NCBI GenBank assembly: GCA_039811185.1
Contig: JBDHYF010000001.1
Coordinates: 34,458 to 98,457 of the forward strand
DNA: 64,000 bases
Direction of reading: 5' to 3'
Source of the DNA: Chitinophagaceae bacterium
GTDB lineage: Bacteria; Bacteroidota; Bacteroidia; Chitinophagales; Chitinophagaceae
Shown: positions 8,868-16,981 of the stretch, piece by piece
Numbering within the stretch: the stretch's first letter is position 1
Layout: each line of letters begins with the position of its first letter
Notes under the pieces: model-generated
Seen by the model: the letters and a program-made list of their open reading frames with translations, nothing else
Database searches by the model: none
Told to the model about the DNA's origin: nothing
Program-made: the position numbers and the translations under genes

Positions 8868-9449
8868 TCAGTTAGTTTTGGTTTTAAGCGCCGGCTGCCA
8901 CTGTTCTTCGGGCTTTTCGATAATTCTTCTTTTTACAAGAATGTTTTCGAGCATTTGTTTTGCCCGCGTGTACTGGCTGCGGCTCGTGCTTTCTTCTATC
9001 TCCAGAATTTGCCCGATTTCTTTGTGTGAAAACCCTTCAATTGCGTACAGGTTTAAAACCGTGCGATAACCAACGGGAAGTTGCCGGATACATTCCACAA
9101 CCATTTTCGCCTGAAGTATTGCCGGAATCCAATCGGATTTTGTTGCCACCGATGCAGCCATTTCCAGGTCTACATTCTCATTAAACTTCTTATACTTTTT
9201 CAAAAAATTAATGCAGGTATGCACCATTATTCTTCTCACCCAGCCTTCAAACGAACCTTTGTTCTGAAACGACCCGATTTGTGTAAATACTTTAATAAAT
9301 CCTTCCTGTAACATATCCTCTGCATCCTGTCTGTTGTAGGCATAGCGATAACAAACAGCAAGCATCTTTGCACTGTACCGGTTGTATAATTCCCGTTGAG
9401 CAGCCGGGTCGTTATTGCAACAACCCATCAATAAACTCTCTTCTGTCAT
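8868..9449 (-). CDS. ECF-type RNA polymerase sigma-70 family factor
   Basis: 193 aa. The region 2 sequence (DAEDMLQEGFIKVF) and region 4 HTH (GFSHKEIGQILEIEESTSRSQYTRAKQML) are typical of ECF sigmas. Confidence 0.9.
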   Translation of the reverse strand: MTEESLLMGCCNNDPAAQRELYNRYSAKMLAVCYRYAYNRQDAEDMLQEGFIKVFTQIGSFQNKGSFEGWVRRIMVHTCINFLKKYKKFNENVDLEMAASVATKSDWIPAILQAKMVVECIRQLPVGYRTVLNLYAIEGFSHKEIGQILEIEESTSRSQYTRAKQMLENILVKRRIIEKPEEQWQPALKTKTN

Positions 9450-9562
9450 AAGGAATGGCTTTGCCTAAAAGTAAGACAATTTTCACGGGCTCGTGCTGCA
9501 TGGGTTAAAAAAATTACATCCGCCCGCTGCATTTTACTGAAAGCCTTTAGTATGTTGCAGCT

Positions 9563-10657
9563 ATGATTGCCACTGCATCCCGCTATTTTAAATACATCTT
9601 CCCTCAAGTCGATTCGGGCCGCACAAAAGAGATATTCGACGTCAATCCCATCGCTGCTACCCGCGACGAACCCGAGCACATTCAGGTACAAATATTCACT
9701 TACAACGCGGAAACAATTACTTATTCTGAGTTTGAAAACCAGGCGGAAACGCTGATAAAATTTACGGGCAGCAACCACATTTGCTGGATAAATATTGATG
9801 GCATTAGAAAAGATGCCGTAAACCAAATTTGCCACGACTTTTCTATTCATGCCCTCATTGCCGAAGACATCATCAGCAGCGGACAACGTCCAAAATTAGA
9901 TGAAACCGAAGGGGTGATGTACTTCCTTTTAAACATGTTGTATTATGACCGCGAAACGAACACCATCGAGCCGGAACAAGTGAGCATTGTGCTGGGAAAA
10001 AGCTTTCTGCTCAGTTTTCAGGAAGAGGCGGCAAGAGATGTGTTTAACGGCGTTAGAGAGCGTTTGAAAACCGGAGGACGGCTAAGAAGCAGCGGCGCTG
10101 ACTACCTGTGTTACGCCCTGATTGATACCATTGTAGACAATTACTACTATGTACTGGAAAGCCTCAGCGACAACATTGAAAACATTGAGGAGCAGATTTT
10201 ACGACTCGGAAATAATTCAGCTCTCGGTAAATTGGTATCGCTCAGAAAAGAACTGATTGTGCTGAAAAGAAACATTGCACCCGTTCGCGATATGGTTAGT
10301 GCTGTGCTGCGCAGCGACAATGAACTACTGAACGAAAGAACCATCAAATACTTTAAAGATGTTTCCGACCACATTACTCAGGCTTATGAATTGGTAGAAA
10401 ACTACCGCGATATGATGATGAACCTGCACGACCTCTACCTCAGCAAAGTAAACCTGCGCATGAACGAAGTAATGAAGGTGATGGCAATCGTAACCTGCCT
10501 GCTTGCACCGGCGGCGGTAATAGGAGGCATTTTCGGAATGAACTTCGATAAAATTCCCTGGCTCCATAACCGGTACGGCTTTTATATTGCCGTAGCGCTG
10601 ATGTTCTTGATTCCTCTTGGAATGATGTTCGTTTTCCGGAAAAGAAAATGGTTTTAG
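9563..10657 (+). CDS. corA: Magnesium/cobalt transporter CorA
   Basis: GMNF signature (GGIFGMNFDKIPW) sits before the last TM helix. Length and cytoplasmic N-domain are typical of CorA. Confidence 0.9.
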   Translation: MIATASRYFKYIFPQVDSGRTKEIFDVNPIAATRDEPEHIQVQIFTYNAETITYSEFENQAETLIKFTGSNHICWINIDGIRKDAVNQICHDFSIHALIAEDIISSGQRPKLDETEGVMYFLLNMLYYDRETNTIEPEQVSIVLGKSFLLSFQEEAARDVFNGVRERLKTGGRLRSSGADYLCYALIDTIVDNYYYVLESLSDNIENIEEQILRLGNNSALGKLVSLRKELIVLKRNIAPVRDMVSAVLRSDNELLNERTIKYFKDVSDHITQAYELVENYRDMMMNLHDLYLSKVNLRMNEVMKVMAIVTCLLAPAAVIGGIFGMNFDKIPWLHNRYGFYIAVALMFLIPLGMMFVFRKRKWF

Positions 10658-10676
10658 CGGGAGCTGCATCCCATAA

Positions 10677-11348
10677 TTAAACAATCCAGAATGCAAGCAG
10701 TTGGGTAAACACACCCACTAAAATACCCGAATAAATTTCTGCCGCGTGATGATGGCCGCCAAGCAAACGCGCAGAGCATACCATGCCCGTACATAACACT
10801 GCAGTAGAGAGATCAACGCCATAACTTACACCATACGTTGTGCAGCTTAAAAACAAAATGGTAACACCGGACGCCATTGCAATTGCATGCAAGCTGATCT
10901 TGATAAAATTATTGATAACGAGGCCGAGCACCGTTGAGAAAAATATTCCAAGATAGAAGTGTTTCAATACTTCGGGCTGATTGGAAAATGCGGCGTTACG
11001 GCTGAGGTAAAACATCCACCAGTAAAAAAACATGGTAATGATGTAGGGAATAATCCGCTCGCGCTGTGTACGCAAAAAAACAGAGTCGATAAACTTAAGC
11101 TGCTTTAAAAGAAAAACAGCAAAAGCAGGAAAAAAAGCCGTCATCCAAAAAACCTGAATATATTTTATAATTACCTGATGTGGCAACAGGCCGGCAAAAT
11201 GAATGGGAAACCTGTCCGACAGCCACAAAAAAACATAAGTGGGTATAAACAGCGGATGAAAAATGTAAGCAAGTAATTTGGAAAATATCAGCAACACCGA
11301 AGGCGCTTTTTCATCTTCCTGCTTCTCTATGGTGGGCGTAGTTTGCAT
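10677..11348 (-). CDS. Polytopic membrane protein, PAP2-like (weak)
   Basis: The track start at 11360 is TTG; the first ATG is at 11348. It has multiple TM helices and loose PAP2-type motifs (SLHAIA; SARLLGGHHHAAE resembles SRx5Hx3D). Confidence 0.45.
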   Translation of the reverse strand: MQTTPTIEKQEDEKAPSVLLIFSKLLAYIFHPLFIPTYVFLWLSDRFPIHFAGLLPHQVIIKYIQVFWMTAFFPAFAVFLLKQLKFIDSVFLRTQRERIIPYIITMFFYWWMFYLSRNAAFSNQPEVLKHFYLGIFFSTVLGLVINNFIKISLHAIAMASGVTILFLSCTTYGVSYGVDLSTAVLCTGMVCSARLLGGHHHAAEIYSGILVGVFTQLLAFWIV

Positions 11349-11363
11349 CGAAGGCTGCAATAA

Positions 11364-11395
11364 ACAAAAAAAAGAACTTGGAAAGTTCTTTTTGC
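11364..11395 (-). terminator. Rho-independent terminator after rpoN
   Basis: 8-bp stem AAGAACTT/AAGTTCTT with a 3-nt loop. On the minus strand it is followed by a T8 run. Confidence 0.6.
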
Positions 11396-11401
11396 TTTAG
11401 T

Positions 11402-12889
11402 TTATAATTCTTTTCTCAGCCTTGCCACCGGAATATTCAGCTGCTCGCGGTATTTGGCCACCGTTCTTCTGGCAATGTTGTAGCCTTTTTCCTGTAGCAG
11501 TTCCGTGAGCTTTTCATCGCTGAAAGGTTTGTGTTTGTCTTCTGCATCAATCAGGTCGCTCAGAATTTTTTTCACTTCCCTTGTACTCACTTCTTCCCCG
11601 CTGTCGGTGCTTAGCGATTCGCTGAAAAAGAACTTCAGCCGGTAGGTTCCGAATTCTGTTTGTACAAATTTGCTGTTGGCTACCCGGCTCACCGTTGAAA
11701 TATCGAGCCCTGTAATTTCTGCAATATCTTTTAAAATCATGGGCTTCATATTGGTTTCATCGCCGGTTAAAAAAAACTCGCGCTGATAATCCATGATGGC
11801 GCCCATTGTGCTGAGCAAGGTATGCTGGCGTTGTTTAATCATATCGATAAACCACTTAGCCGAATCAATTTTCTGTTTAATAAAAAGCACCGCTTCTTTC
11901 TGGCGTTTGTCTTTTTTATTTCCGCGGTCGTAATCTTTCAGCATGTCGCGATATCCTTCGCTGATCCGGAGATCGGGAGCATTTTTCGCATTCAACGAAA
12001 GCTCGAGTTTTCCATTGCTGTTTAAGATAAAGAAATCCGGAACGATATAACTTTCGGCCTTATTAATTTCGCCTACGTTACCTCCGGGTTTGGGATTTAA
12101 GCGGATGATGGAGTTAATCACTTCACGCAAATCATCGTCGCTCAGATTCAGGCCGCGTTGAATTTTTTCGTAGTGTTTTTTTGTAAACTCGTCGAAGTAT
12201 TTTTCCATTACAGTAACGGCAAGCGAAACGTCTTTTCCTTCGGCGGCCAACCGCTTTAACTGAAGCAGCAGGCACTCTTTTAAATCGCGTGCGCAAATGC
12301 CCGGGGGATCGAACTGCTGAATCTGGCGAATAATTTCTTCTACCTCATCTTCATTCGTCATAATGTTTTGGCGGAAGGCAAGATCATCGCAGATAGCAAT
12401 CGCTTCTCTTCTCAAATATCCGTCGTCGTCGATGCTTCCCACAATTTGTTCGGCTACTTTAAATTTCCGGTCGTCCAGATTCAACAGGCCAAGCTGATTC
12501 AGCAACAGGTCGTGGAAAGTAGTTTCCACCCGAAAGGGTATTGTTTTGGTTTCCTCATTATCGCCATAATTGTCATCGCGGAGGCGGTAATCTGCAATGT
12601 CATCGTCTCCATCCGAAATGTATTCGCTGATATCGATGTTGTCGTAATCTTCTGCGCTGCCGTCCGCCTCGTGCTCTTCTTCCTGCGATTGAAATTCATC
12701 TTTCATATCCTCCGAAAAATTTTCCTCAAATCCTTCTTCGGCCATTTCGAGTGCGGGGTTTTCTTCCAGTTCCTCCTTAATTCTTTCCTCCAAATTGGCG
12801 GTAGGAATTTGCAACAGCTTCATCAATTGAATTTGTTGTGGAGAGAGCTTTTGCAGCAGTTTCTGTTGTAAGGTTTGCGTTAAAGACAT
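11402..12889 (-). CDS. rpoN: RNA polymerase sigma-54 factor
   Basis: The N-terminus (MSLTQTLQQKLLQKLSPQQIQLMKLLQ) is region I, followed by an acidic region II. The C-terminal RpoN box is ARRTVAKYRE. The upstream 31 codons of the track ORF were rejected. Confidence 0.95.
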   Translation of the reverse strand: MSLTQTLQQKLLQKLSPQQIQLMKLLQIPTANLEERIKEELEENPALEMAEEGFEENFSEDMKDEFQSQEEEHEADGSAEDYDNIDISEYISDGDDDIADYRLRDDNYGDNEETKTIPFRVETTFHDLLLNQLGLLNLDDRKFKVAEQIVGSIDDDGYLRREAIAICDDLAFRQNIMTNEDEVEEIIRQIQQFDPPGICARDLKECLLLQLKRLAAEGKDVSLAVTVMEKYFDEFTKKHYEKIQRGLNLSDDDLREVINSIIRLNPKPGGNVGEINKAESYIVPDFFILNSNGKLELSLNAKNAPDLRISEGYRDMLKDYDRGNKKDKRQKEAVLFIKQKIDSAKWFIDMIKQRQHTLLSTMGAIMDYQREFFLTGDETNMKPMILKDIAEITGLDISTVSRVANSKFVQTEFGTYRLKFFFSESLSTDSGEEVSTREVKKILSDLIDAEDKHKPFSDEKLTELLQEKGYNIARRTVAKYREQLNIPVARLRKEL

Positions 12890-12969
12890 CCTTTTTTTCC
12901 TTCTTTGATTAAATGGTTTTGAAAATGTTGTTTTAAAAGTATCCCGGAAAAAAGAACTGTAAACAGTTA

Positions 12970-12977
12970 CAAAAATA
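12970..12977 (-). promoter_or_regulatory. -7 box TATTTTTG upstream of rpoN
   Basis: Exact match on the minus strand, about 80 nt upstream of ATG 12889. A 6-2-6 palindrome AACTGTaaACAGTT (12955-12968) lies immediately downstream. Confidence 0.4.
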
Positions 12978-13024
12978 ACCATTTAGCATGATTAGTGCCA
13001 AAGTAGCAAACGCATGGAAATAAA

Positions 13025-13070
13025 ACGAAAAAACCGGTTGAAAGCAGTGAGCAAACTGCAACCAACCGGC
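13025..13070 (-). terminator. Terminator candidate after the DegT-family gene
   Basis: CCGGTTG/CAACCGG outer stem with inner GCAGT/ACTGC stem. On the minus strand it is followed by TTTTTTCGTTTT. Confidence 0.5.
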
Positions 13071-13093
13071 CCCTTCTTCAAAAAAAAATGAAA

Positions 13094-14296
13094 CTATTTC
13101 CTTAGCGCTTTCCGCACGGCTTCTGCCAACGCCTTCCCTTTCTGATCTGTCTGCTCGTCGGTCCATAACAGACCTATCGACGTGCAGATACAACGGCTCA
13201 TAATCTCATCGCTCTCCGGAAATGCTTTGTCCTTTAAATCGCGCAAAGCCTGCTCCTGCAACGGGTTCAGCGGGTATAACGACAATCCGCTTTTCAGGTG
13301 ATCCCACTTTTTTATGTAATGCCAGTTATTGTTGTACCAATAAAAGTTGCCCGGCAGTTGCCCCGCGTTTTTTAAATGCTCAACGGTTGCCTTCGCCACT
13401 TCTTCCGTGGGTAAAAACCAGCAAAGAAAGGTGCAGCTGTTACCGTCCTCATCCAAAATGGTGCGGAAGCCGATTTCTTCAACCGACTGCAAATGCGATT
13501 TCAACCGCGTGTAATTTTTTTTCTGGATGGCAATAATCTGGTCTACCTTTTTTATTTGTGCCAACCCAACAGCCGCATGTAATTCGCTGATGCGGTAGTT
13601 GTAACCGATGAAGGGATGGAGGTCTGCGCCGCGGTCTGCTCCCTTATGGTCGTGTCCGTGATCGGTGTACCCATCGCATTTGAGGTAAATATCTTCTTTA
13701 TTGGTAAGCACTACACCGCCTTCGCCGCACGTCATCGTTTTTACGAAGTCGAACGAAAAAGTACCGGCATCTCCGATGGTGCCGAGTGCTTTGCCCTTGT
13801 AGGTTGCGCCAATGCTTTGGCAGGCATCTTCGAGCAGCAAAAGATCGTGCTCATCACAAATCTGCTTTAGCGCATCTAAGTTGGCCATGCTGCCGCACAT
13901 GTGCACCGGCATTACGCACTTTGTTTTTTCAGTAATGGCTTCTTTCACCCGCAGCGGGTTTAACGTAAGGCTTTCATCTACATCAACCAGCACGGGAACG
14001 GCACCTACGCTCAGCACCGCTTCGAAGCTTGCCACAAAAGTGAAAGTGGGCATAATTACCTCATCGCCATACCCAACACCAAGGGCTGCAAGCGCAGTGG
14101 TAAGGGCGCTGGTGCCGCTGCTGGTAAGCTGCGCGTAGCCACATCCGAACTTCTCAACAATTGCCTGCTCCAGTTCTTTTGCTTTCCATCGTCCCCGGCG
14201 CAGGCCGTCGAAGCCATAACGCATCAGAATTCCTGTTTCAAGCACTTCGTTCACTTCTCTTCTTTCTTCTTCTCCGAATAATTCAAAACCGGGCAT
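13094..14296 (-). CDS. DegT/DnrJ/EryC1/StrS-family PLP-dependent aminotransferase
   Basis: Typical fold-type I sugar aminotransferase blocks are present (TSSGTSALTTAL, DEVIMPTFTFVAS, FSFDFVKTMTCGEGG with the PLP lysine). Confidence 0.85.
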   Translation of the reverse strand: MPGFELFGEEERREVNEVLETGILMRYGFDGLRRGRWKAKELEQAIVEKFGCGYAQLTSSGTSALTTALAALGVGYGDEVIMPTFTFVASFEAVLSVGAVPVLVDVDESLTLNPLRVKEAITEKTKCVMPVHMCGSMANLDALKQICDEHDLLLLEDACQSIGATYKGKALGTIGDAGTFSFDFVKTMTCGEGGVVLTNKEDIYLKCDGYTDHGHDHKGADRGADLHPFIGYNYRISELHAAVGLAQIKKVDQIIAIQKKNYTRLKSHLQSVEEIGFRTILDEDGNSCTFLCWFLPTEEVAKATVEHLKNAGQLPGNFYWYNNNWHYIKKWDHLKSGLSLYPLNPLQEQALRDLKDKAFPESDEIMSRCICTSIGLLWTDEQTDQKGKALAEAVRKALRK

Positions 14297-14311
14297 AGAA
14301 ATATTTTTATA

Positions 14312-15769
14312 TTAAGAAATCAGTTTGATGATGGTTTCTTTTACGCTTGCCAGCGGAATTCTTTCCTGCAAAAGGGTATCGCGGTAGCGGATGGTAACCG
14401 TATTGTCTTCTTTGGTTTGATGATCGATGGTGACGCAGTAAGGCGTTCCTATTGCGTCCATGCGGCGGTATCGTTTGCCGATGGTGTCTTTTTCTTCGTA
14501 AAAACATTTAAAGCTGCTTTTACAGTCGTCCATCAGCCCGCGGGCAATTTCCGGAAGGCCGTCTTTTTTCAACAGCGGCAACACGGCAAGTTTTACGGGT
14601 GCAATTTTCGGCGGAATTTTCAGCACTACCCGGCTGTCGGTTGTACCGTCTTCTTTTTCGATGGTTTCTTCCTGGTACGAATGGCTTAGCACCGCAAGAA
14701 ACATTCTGTCTAACCCAATGGAGGTTTCGATTACAAAGGGTATGTAGTTGCCGGTTTGTTTTCCGGTTTCGGGGTTAATGTCGTTATCGAAGTAATGCAG
14801 TTTCTTTTTGCTGAACTGCTGATGCTGCGCCAGATCGAAATCGGTGCGGGAGTGAATGCCTTCGAGTTCTTTAAAGCCCATGGGGAAGTTGTATTCAATG
14901 TCGCAGGCTTCTTTGGCGTAGTGTGCCAGTTTCAGATGATCGTGATAACGGAAATCCGATGCGCGCATGCCGAGGCTGATGTGCCACTTCAGGCGCTCAT
15001 CTTTCCAATAGCGATACCATTCGCCTTCCGTTCCCGGCTTTACAAAAAACTGCATCTCCATTTGCTCAAATTCGCGCATCCGGAATATAAACTGGCGCGC
15101 TACAATTTCGTTCCTGAAAGCTTTGCCGGTTTGTGCAATGCCAAACGGCACTTTCATGCGTGCGGTTTTTTGCACGTTTAAAAAGTTTACAAAAATGCCT
15201 TGTGCGGTTTCCGGACGCAAGTACACGGTTTCGGCTTCTTCGCTCACCGAGCCCACTTGTGTAGAAAACATCAGGTTAAAATTTTTGATGTCACTCCAGT
15301 TGGCGGTACCGCTAATGGCACAAGAAATTTTATTTTCTTCTATCAGGCTTTTAAGTGCGGGATAGTTTTCTTCGGCAAGCAGTTTATCCATGGTTTGCAA
15401 CAGCGCAAACTCTTCTTCTTTTTTGCCTTCGAAAGCCAGCTTTTCGGCCTGTGCTTCGATGAGGTGATCTACGCGGTAGCGCTTGTTGCTGTCTTTATTG
15501 TCGATCATCGGATCGTTGAAGTTATCTACATGTCCGCTGGCCTTCCAAACTTCGGGGTGCATAAAGATGGCTGCATCTATGCCCACAATGTTTTCGTGCA
15601 TTCGCGTCATGGAGTTCCACCAATGGTCGCGGATATTTTTTTTCAGTTCGCTGCCCCATGGGCCGTAGTCGTAAACAGCGCTGAGGCCGTCGTAAATTTC
15701 ACTGCCGGGGAAAACAAAACCATATTCTTTAGCGTGCGAAATAATTGCCTGCAACTTATCAGTACTCAT
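14312..15769 (-). CDS. glyQS: Glycine--tRNA ligase (homodimeric class II type)
   Basis: The sequence from ATG 15769 (MSTDKLQAIISHAKEYGFVFPGSEIYDGLSAVYDYGPWG) is a canonical GlyRS N-terminus. The 59 upstream codons of the track ORF fall in a GC-rich repeat and were rejected. Confidence 0.95.
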   Translation of the reverse strand: MSTDKLQAIISHAKEYGFVFPGSEIYDGLSAVYDYGPWGSELKKNIRDHWWNSMTRMHENIVGIDAAIFMHPEVWKASGHVDNFNDPMIDNKDSNKRYRVDHLIEAQAEKLAFEGKKEEEFALLQTMDKLLAEENYPALKSLIEENKISCAISGTANWSDIKNFNLMFSTQVGSVSEEAETVYLRPETAQGIFVNFLNVQKTARMKVPFGIAQTGKAFRNEIVARQFIFRMREFEQMEMQFFVKPGTEGEWYRYWKDERLKWHISLGMRASDFRYHDHLKLAHYAKEACDIEYNFPMGFKELEGIHSRTDFDLAQHQQFSKKKLHYFDNDINPETGKQTGNYIPFVIETSIGLDRMFLAVLSHSYQEETIEKEDGTTDSRVVLKIPPKIAPVKLAVLPLLKKDGLPEIARGLMDDCKSSFKCFYEEKDTIGKRYRRMDAIGTPYCVTIDHQTKEDNTVTIRYRDTLLQERIPLASVKETIIKLIS

Positions 15770-15775
15770 AGCGGG

Positions 15776-15783
15776 CAAAGATA
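15776..15783 (-). promoter_or_regulatory. -7 box TATCTTTG abutting the glyQS start
   Basis: Exact match on the minus strand with 6 nt between the box and ATG 15769. Confidence 0.5.
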
Positions 15784-15868
15784 ATGGAAGGAAGATGAGA
15801 AACGATTCCTCAAAGGGTTGTTTTGCAGGGAAGTGCCTTACCATACGCACCGCCGCCCGCGTGAAGGA

Positions 15869-15919
15869 TTGCAGCGGAAAGCCCGCAGCCCAGGGGGCGA
15901 GGACTTGCAGCGGAAAGCC
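15869..15919. repeat. Two exact copies of the 15-mer TTGCAGCGGAAAGCC, 36 nt apart, in a GC-rich intergenic island
   Basis: Copies lie at 15869-15883 and 15905-15919. A degenerate third copy (11/15 matches) lies at 15823-15837. Confidence 0.8.
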
Positions 15920-15922
15920 TGA

Positions 15923-15978
15923 CCCCGGCAAGGCAGCAGCCTGCATTTTTTAACTGAGTTGCCTTGCCGCAGCCGGGG
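15923..15978. repeat. GC-rich interrupted dyad (CCCCGGC-AAGGCA ... TGCCTT-gccgca-GCCGGGG)
   Basis: Arms read directly. It lies immediately downstream of the yihY-family stop on the minus strand, with no U tract. Confidence 0.6.
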
Positions 15979-15985
15979 GCACGCC

Positions 15986-16969
15986 CTAATCTTTACAATT
16001 TTCTTTCGGCGCTACGCTACAACTTTCCACAACAGCTTTTGTGGTTTCCTGCTCCTGAAGTGAGCCTTTGCTTTCTTTTTCTTTTTCTACAATAAACACA
16101 GCATAATTACTCGGATATATTTCGCAACCTTTTACCTGCGCATAAATGCGCGTAAACACCGCTCCGAAATATAAAATGATGGCCGAATAATACACCCACA
16201 GCAAAATAACAATGATGCTGCCTGCTGCGCCATAGCTGCTGGTAACAGTGCTTTGCGACAGATAAAACGCAATAGCAAACTTGCCTATTAAAAATAATAC
16301 AGCGGTAAACAGCGCGCCAACAAATACATCGCGCCAGCGAATGATGGCATCGGGCAGCACTTTGAAAATAACGGAAAACAAAAGCGTAATAATGACTAAA
16401 CTTAAGCCAAGGTTAATGCTATACAGCAAATAGATGCTTAGGTCGGGGAACCACTCGTTAATGGTTTTACCAAATGCCTCGATGATGGCATTTACCACGA
16501 GCGACACCAACAAAATAAAACCCAGGCCCACCACCATTGAAAAACTGATGAGCCGGTTTAAAATGAGTTTTATAAATCCTTTGGATGGCTTCGCCTTCAG
16601 GTTCCAGATGTGGTTGATGGAATCCTGAATTTCGGTGAACACCCCTGTAGAAGTAAATATTAATGTAACCGCGCTGATAACAGTAGCAAAAGTTGACTGC
16701 CCGGAAACGGCTGCATTCTTTATAAGCTGCTGAATTTGCAGGGCAGCCTGCTCACCTACAAAGCCCTGAAGCTGCGAAAAGATAGAGCCTTCGATGGCTT
16801 CGCGTCCATAAAAAAATTGCGCCACTGTAATAATGATGATGAGCATGGGCGCAAGTGCAAAAATGGTGTAATAGGAAAGGGCAGCGCTTTTTTTTAAGAT
16901 GGTTTTATCGCCAAATTCGGAAAAGCTTTGTTTTAAGATGTTCCAGTACGATTTGAGTGAAAGCTTCAT
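15986..16969 (-). CDS. YihY/BrkB-family inner membrane protein
   Basis: About 6 TM helices and the characteristic N-terminus (FGDKTILKKSAALSYYTIFALAPML). Confidence 0.8.
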   Translation of the reverse strand: MKLSLKSYWNILKQSFSEFGDKTILKKSAALSYYTIFALAPMLIIIITVAQFFYGREAIEGSIFSQLQGFVGEQAALQIQQLIKNAAVSGQSTFATVISAVTLIFTSTGVFTEIQDSINHIWNLKAKPSKGFIKLILNRLISFSMVVGLGFILLVSLVVNAIIEAFGKTINEWFPDLSIYLLYSINLGLSLVIITLLFSVIFKVLPDAIIRWRDVFVGALFTAVLFLIGKFAIAFYLSQSTVTSSYGAAGSIIVILLWVYYSAIILYFGAVFTRIYAQVKGCEIYPSNYAVFIVEKEKESKGSLQEQETTKAVVESCSVAPKENCKD

Positions 16970-16981
16970 ATAAAGAGGTGA

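Noticed and set aside
15869-15919. Possible CRISPR-like spacing (15-nt repeat, 36-nt period)
   Set aside because: There are only two exact copies, the repeat is far too short, and no cas genes are present. It is better described as a REP-like intergenic element.
15770-15946. 59-codon N-terminal extension of the GlyRS ORF in the track (MQAAALPGSGFPLQ...)
   Set aside because: The extension is translated from the GC-rich repeat island. Canonical GlyRS sequence starts at ATG 15769, and a -7 box sits between the two candidate starts. Similar upstream extensions were rejected for rpoN (to 12982), rimP (to 62092), paaA (TTG 34184), paaB (to 33279), GGGPS (TTG 35021) and dtd (TTG 18656).
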